Part shown: piece after piece, positions 21,552 through 24,000 of the stretch
How the letters are laid out: the number at the start of each line of letters is the position of its first letter
Position numbering within the stretch: the stretch's first letter is position 1
Assembly (NCBI GenBank): GCA_963849745.1
Contig: CAWKIM010000014.1
Location: 147,304-171,303 of the forward strand
Origin: an uncultured Rubrobacteraceae bacterium
GTDB lineage: Bacteria > Actinomycetota > Rubrobacteria > Rubrobacterales > Rubrobacteraceae
Direction of reading: 5' to 3'
Length of the DNA: 24,000 nucleotides
The notes under the pieces: model-generated
The model's input: the letters and a program-made list of their open reading frames with translations, nothing else
The model's database searches: none
What the model was told of the DNA's origin: nothing
Made by a program: the position numbers and the translations under genes

Positions 21552-22549
21552 CGCGGCTCCACCCCGAGGCCGGGCTCCTCGGGCAGCAGGATGCGGCCGT
21601 TGTCGTAGACCGGTCCCGAGTAGGGATCGTCGGCGAGGAGCATCGCGCCATCGAGGTCGACGAAGTCGACGAGGCCGGAGATCTGGGCCGCAGCCGAGAT
21701 GCCGAGCGAGGTCTCGACCATGCAGCCGAGCATTACGAGCATCCCGTGGGCGCGGGCAGCGTGGATCATCTCCAGCGCGCGCCGGATCCCACCGCACTTG
21801 GCGAGCTTGACGTTGACCCCGCTGACACACCCCGCGAGGCCAGGCACATCCCTGGCCTCGATGGCACTCTCGTCCGCAATCACCGGTACGGGGTGCGCCG
21901 CCTCCGTCACCTTCTGAAAGGCTACCGAACCGGCCGAGGCGGGGACGGGTTGTTCGATCATGCCGACACCTATCTCTCTCAGCCCCGTCACGACCTCCAA
22001 AGCCTCCTCGGGGGAGAAGGCCTCGTTGGCGTCCACCCAGAGGTCGGCCTCCGATGACTCCCTCACGGCCCTGAGCGTCTCGATGTCGCTCCACCCGCCG
22101 ACCTTTACCTTCAGTATCCGGTGTTTCCTCAGCCCCTGCGCGCGGGCGACGGTCGTCTCCCTGTCTGCTATGCCTAAAGTGTACGCCGAGACGGGTACGG
22201 GTCTGGCGAGCCCGAGCAAACGGTAGACCGGCACGCCGAGCCTCCTGGCCGCGAGGTCGTGCATGGCGTTGTCGAGGGCCGTCAGCGCGGAAGGGGGCAT
22301 CGCGCCGTTGTGCGCGAGTGTGCCCTCGATGTCCCATGGGTCCCAGACCTCGACGCTCTGTAGGGCTGTCGCCACCCCCCGGGCGTCCTGGCCGTAATAG
22401 CTTGTGGGCGCCGCTTCGCCCCTGCCCGTGACGCCGTCTTCCGACAACTCGAAGATCACACGCTCGAAGGTATCCGCCGAGCTGCGGGCGATCGCGAAGG
22501 TACGCTCGGTGTGCACCCTGAGGGTCTTTACGCTCGTCTCCAAGTCCAC
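21548..22549 (-). CDS. Enolase-superfamily dipeptide epimerase / N-acyl-amino-acid racemase-like (DgcA-like)
   Basis: 333 aa. The capping domain has GRGEAAP. The barrel has KVKVG, a metal-ligand pattern (WVDANEAF, IEQPV, VIADES) and the second catalytic Lys in NVKLAKCGG. GTG start lies 4 nt after GGAGGAGG. Confidence 0.9.
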   Translation of the reverse strand: MDLETSVKTLRVHTERTFAIARSSADTFERVIFELSEDGVTGRGEAAPTSYYGQDARGVATALQSVEVWDPWDIEGTLAHNGAMPPSALTALDNAMHDLAARRLGVPVYRLLGLARPVPVSAYTLGIADRETTVARAQGLRKHRILKVKVGGWSDIETLRAVRESSEADLWVDANEAFSPEEALEVVTGLREIGVGMIEQPVPASAGSVAFQKVTEAAHPVPVIADESAIEARDVPGLAGCVSGVNVKLAKCGGIRRALEMIHAARAHGMLVMLGCMVETSLGISAAAQISGLVDFVDLDGAMLLADDPYSGPVYDNGRILLPEEPGLGVEPR

Positions 22550-22693
22550 CCCTCCTCCAATCTCTTCGAGATTGCATTGTAGCGGTGGCGGGCGTGTCCT
22601 TCTTCCCCGAGCAGCATCTCGCTTTCGTGGTGGTGGCGCGGATGGTTATCAAGGTACTATTAGGTTGACCACAAGAGGGAAACGGAGGTACGC

Positions 22694-22933
22694 ATGGCTC
22701 TGGATCTGTCCTTGTTCAACGGCTCGGTGAGCACGCTGCTGAACCATCTCACCCGCCACTACGGCGAGGATGCGAAGCTCGAGACGTATGTAATCTGCGC
22801 CAGGGTGCAAAGCGCAGCGATACCGGGAGGAAGCGGGATCAACTGGATAGTGAATCCTGGTGGCGAGGAACTCGCCGGCGGGCTGCTGCGGGAGGTCCTG
22901 AAAGCCGTGGAGGGCAATGGAGACCTGTCGTGA
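22694..22933 (+). CDS. Hypothetical 79-aa protein, no family recognised
   Basis: Strong SD: GGAGG (22684-22688) lies 5 nt before the ATG. GC is lower than surrounding sequence. The ORF is divergent from the epimerase operon. Confidence 0.45.
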   Translation: MALDLSLFNGSVSTLLNHLTRHYGEDAKLETYVICARVQSAAIPGGSGINWIVNPGGEELAGGLLREVLKAVEGNGDLS

Positions 22934-23047
22934 ACGTTTCTTTGTGCTGGCAGTAATGGTCGATCCTATAGCTCCGCAAGAGCCGTGCGAGATTCCAGTT
23001 TTGCATTCCGGCTGTCTTCGCTGTGCTTCGACAGAGGGAAATCTCCG

Positions 23048-23686
23048 ATGAGCGCCGAAGAGCGGACGTTGATCTACCGCGCCTCCCGCGGCGACGTCGA
23101 CGCGTTCTCGAAGCTGGTCAGCGCCCACTCGGCCCTCGTGCGCGGGGTGACGCTTCGCATGCTGGGGGGCCAGGAGGCCCAGGACGCGAGCCAGGAGGTC
23201 TGGGTCAGGGTCTGGGCGAACATGAAGAGCTTCAGGGGAGAGAGCGCCTTTTCGACCTGGCTCTACAGGGTCACGGTCAACACCTGCCTGACCTTCCGAC
23301 GCAAAGAGTCGCGCCGCAGGACGCGCGAGGTCGAGGAGGAGCTGGCTCATCTCTCCATATCTTCGGACGGCGACGGAGATCCCGAGGAGGCCGCGCTCGA
23401 CGCGGAACGCCGGGAAGAGATCCAGGTAGCCCTCGGCAGCGTAAGGGCCGAGCACCGCGCGGCCATGGTCATGCGTCACATGGAGGGCCTCTCCTGCGCT
23501 GAGATCTCCGAGGCGCTAGGCGTCCCCGACGGTACGGTCAAAGGATGGGCCAGCAGGGGAAGGACCGCCATGCTGGCCGCACTGACCCAGAACTCCGCAT
23601 CAGCGGACAGAATCATCCGCCCCCACCAAACAGGCAGGAAGACGAGCGACGACCCTAGCGCCCCCGGTGCCGGGCGCCTCCGTTAA
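23048..23686 (+). CDS. ECF-type RNA polymerase sigma-70 family factor
   Basis: Region 2 is DASQEVWVRVWANMKSFRGESAFSTWLYRVTVNTCLTFRRK. Region 4 is LSCAEISEALGVPDGTVKGWASRGR. ATG 23048 is preferred over the track start 22985 (GAGGGA lies 9 nt upstream). Confidence 0.9.
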   Translation: MSAEERTLIYRASRGDVDAFSKLVSAHSALVRGVTLRMLGGQEAQDASQEVWVRVWANMKSFRGESAFSTWLYRVTVNTCLTFRRKESRRRTREVEEELAHLSISSDGDGDPEEAALDAERREEIQVALGSVRAEHRAAMVMRHMEGLSCAEISEALGVPDGTVKGWASRGRTAMLAALTQNSASADRIIRPHQTGRKTSDDPSAPGAGRLR

Positions 23687-23769
23687 AGCTAGGTTAAAAG
23701 AATGAACCTTGTGAGAGCAGCATCTATACTGGCCGTAGCCGTCGGCCGGATCCAACAGGAGAAGATGCC

Positions 23770-24000
23770 TTGATAACCACAACAGCGGAGATCCTGATAG
23801 TCGAGGACGACGAGGTGATCATGGGCACCCTTGCCTACAACCTCTCCCGAAATGGCTTCGGGGTTAGCCAGGCGACCAGCGGCGCCGACGCCTTGAGGTT
23901 TGCGAGGAAGCTGAGGCCCGATCTGATCCTGCTCGACATCATGCTCCCAGGCGAGTCGGGAATAGAAGTCTGCGAGAGGATTCGGGAGCGCGACCAGAGC
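23770..24000 (+). CDS. OmpR/PhoB-type response regulator, receiver domain (partial, continues past the window end)
   Basis: My translation from TTG 23770 (AGGAG 8 nt upstream) is MITTTAEILIVEDDEVIMGTLAYNLSRNGFGVSQATSGADALRFARKLRPDLILLDIMLPGESGIEVCERIRE. This is a canonical DD...D receiver. The frame is open to the window edge, so it is not in the track. Confidence 0.85.
   Translation, partial: MITTTAEILIVEDDEVIMGTLAYNLSRNGFGVSQATSGADALRFARKLRPDLILLDIMLPGESGIEVCERIRERDQS

Noticed and set aside
21552-22652. N-terminal half of the 717-aa minus-strand ORF (20499..22652)
   Set aside because: It overlaps the well-supported epimerase gene in another frame. Its translation is Arg/Gly/Pro-rich low-complexity sequence typical of off-frame reading in high-GC DNA. 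Only the C-terminal 350 aa (DUF1611, from ATG 21551) are credible.
22649-23479. 276-aa minus-strand ORF
   Set aside because: It is antisense to the ECF sigma factor gene and has no recognisable domain.

Overview
High-GC (about 65%) bacterial chromosomal window with actinobacterial-style gene content; I cannot verify the taxon without a search. I support about 25 protein-coding genes. These include a partial Wzz-like gene, four small orphan genes in a lower-GC patch (630-2750), nadE, two NUDIX hydrolases and a D-2-hydroxyacid dehydrogenase. Further along are a Tat-exported BAAT-family hydrolase, a frameshifted four-carbon acid sugar kinase, an ABC exporter, a receiver-domain protein, a GNAT (AAC(6')-like) and an IscA/ErpA-type Fe-S carrier. 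A long co-directional minus-strand block follows: enolase-superfamily epimerase, DUF1611, HNH endonuclease, MoxR, DUF58, transglutaminase, ErpA. The window ends with an ECF sigma factor and a partial OmpR-type response regulator. The one clear mobile element is a solitary TnpB (IS200/IS605-family, IS1341-like, no TnpA). It has matching subterminal hairpins at both ends and is wedged between a NUDIX gene and the GNAT gene, so it should carry an omegaRNA. The least explained signal is a dispersed family of tandem heptanucleotide repeats (GTATCAG/GCTTCAG/GTTTCAG, complement ACCTGAT/CCTGAAGC) in at least five intergenic sites. Three of these sites lie just 5' of start codons in sense orientation, and two form an inverted pair around a 90-nt core between HNH and moxR. 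Smaller observations are a 23-aa hydrophobic ORF coupled to the ABC exporter, leaderless-looking promoters (nadE, HNH, NUDIX), an 11-bp direct repeat at the nadE promoter, two structured non-coding spacers, and an ATTCCC-N8-GGGAAT palindrome. I found no CRISPR array, tRNA or rRNA, and no recognisable multi-gene defence system. Many long ORFs in the track are off-frame or antisense artefacts of high GC. All family calls come from motif recognition by eye, not database searches.
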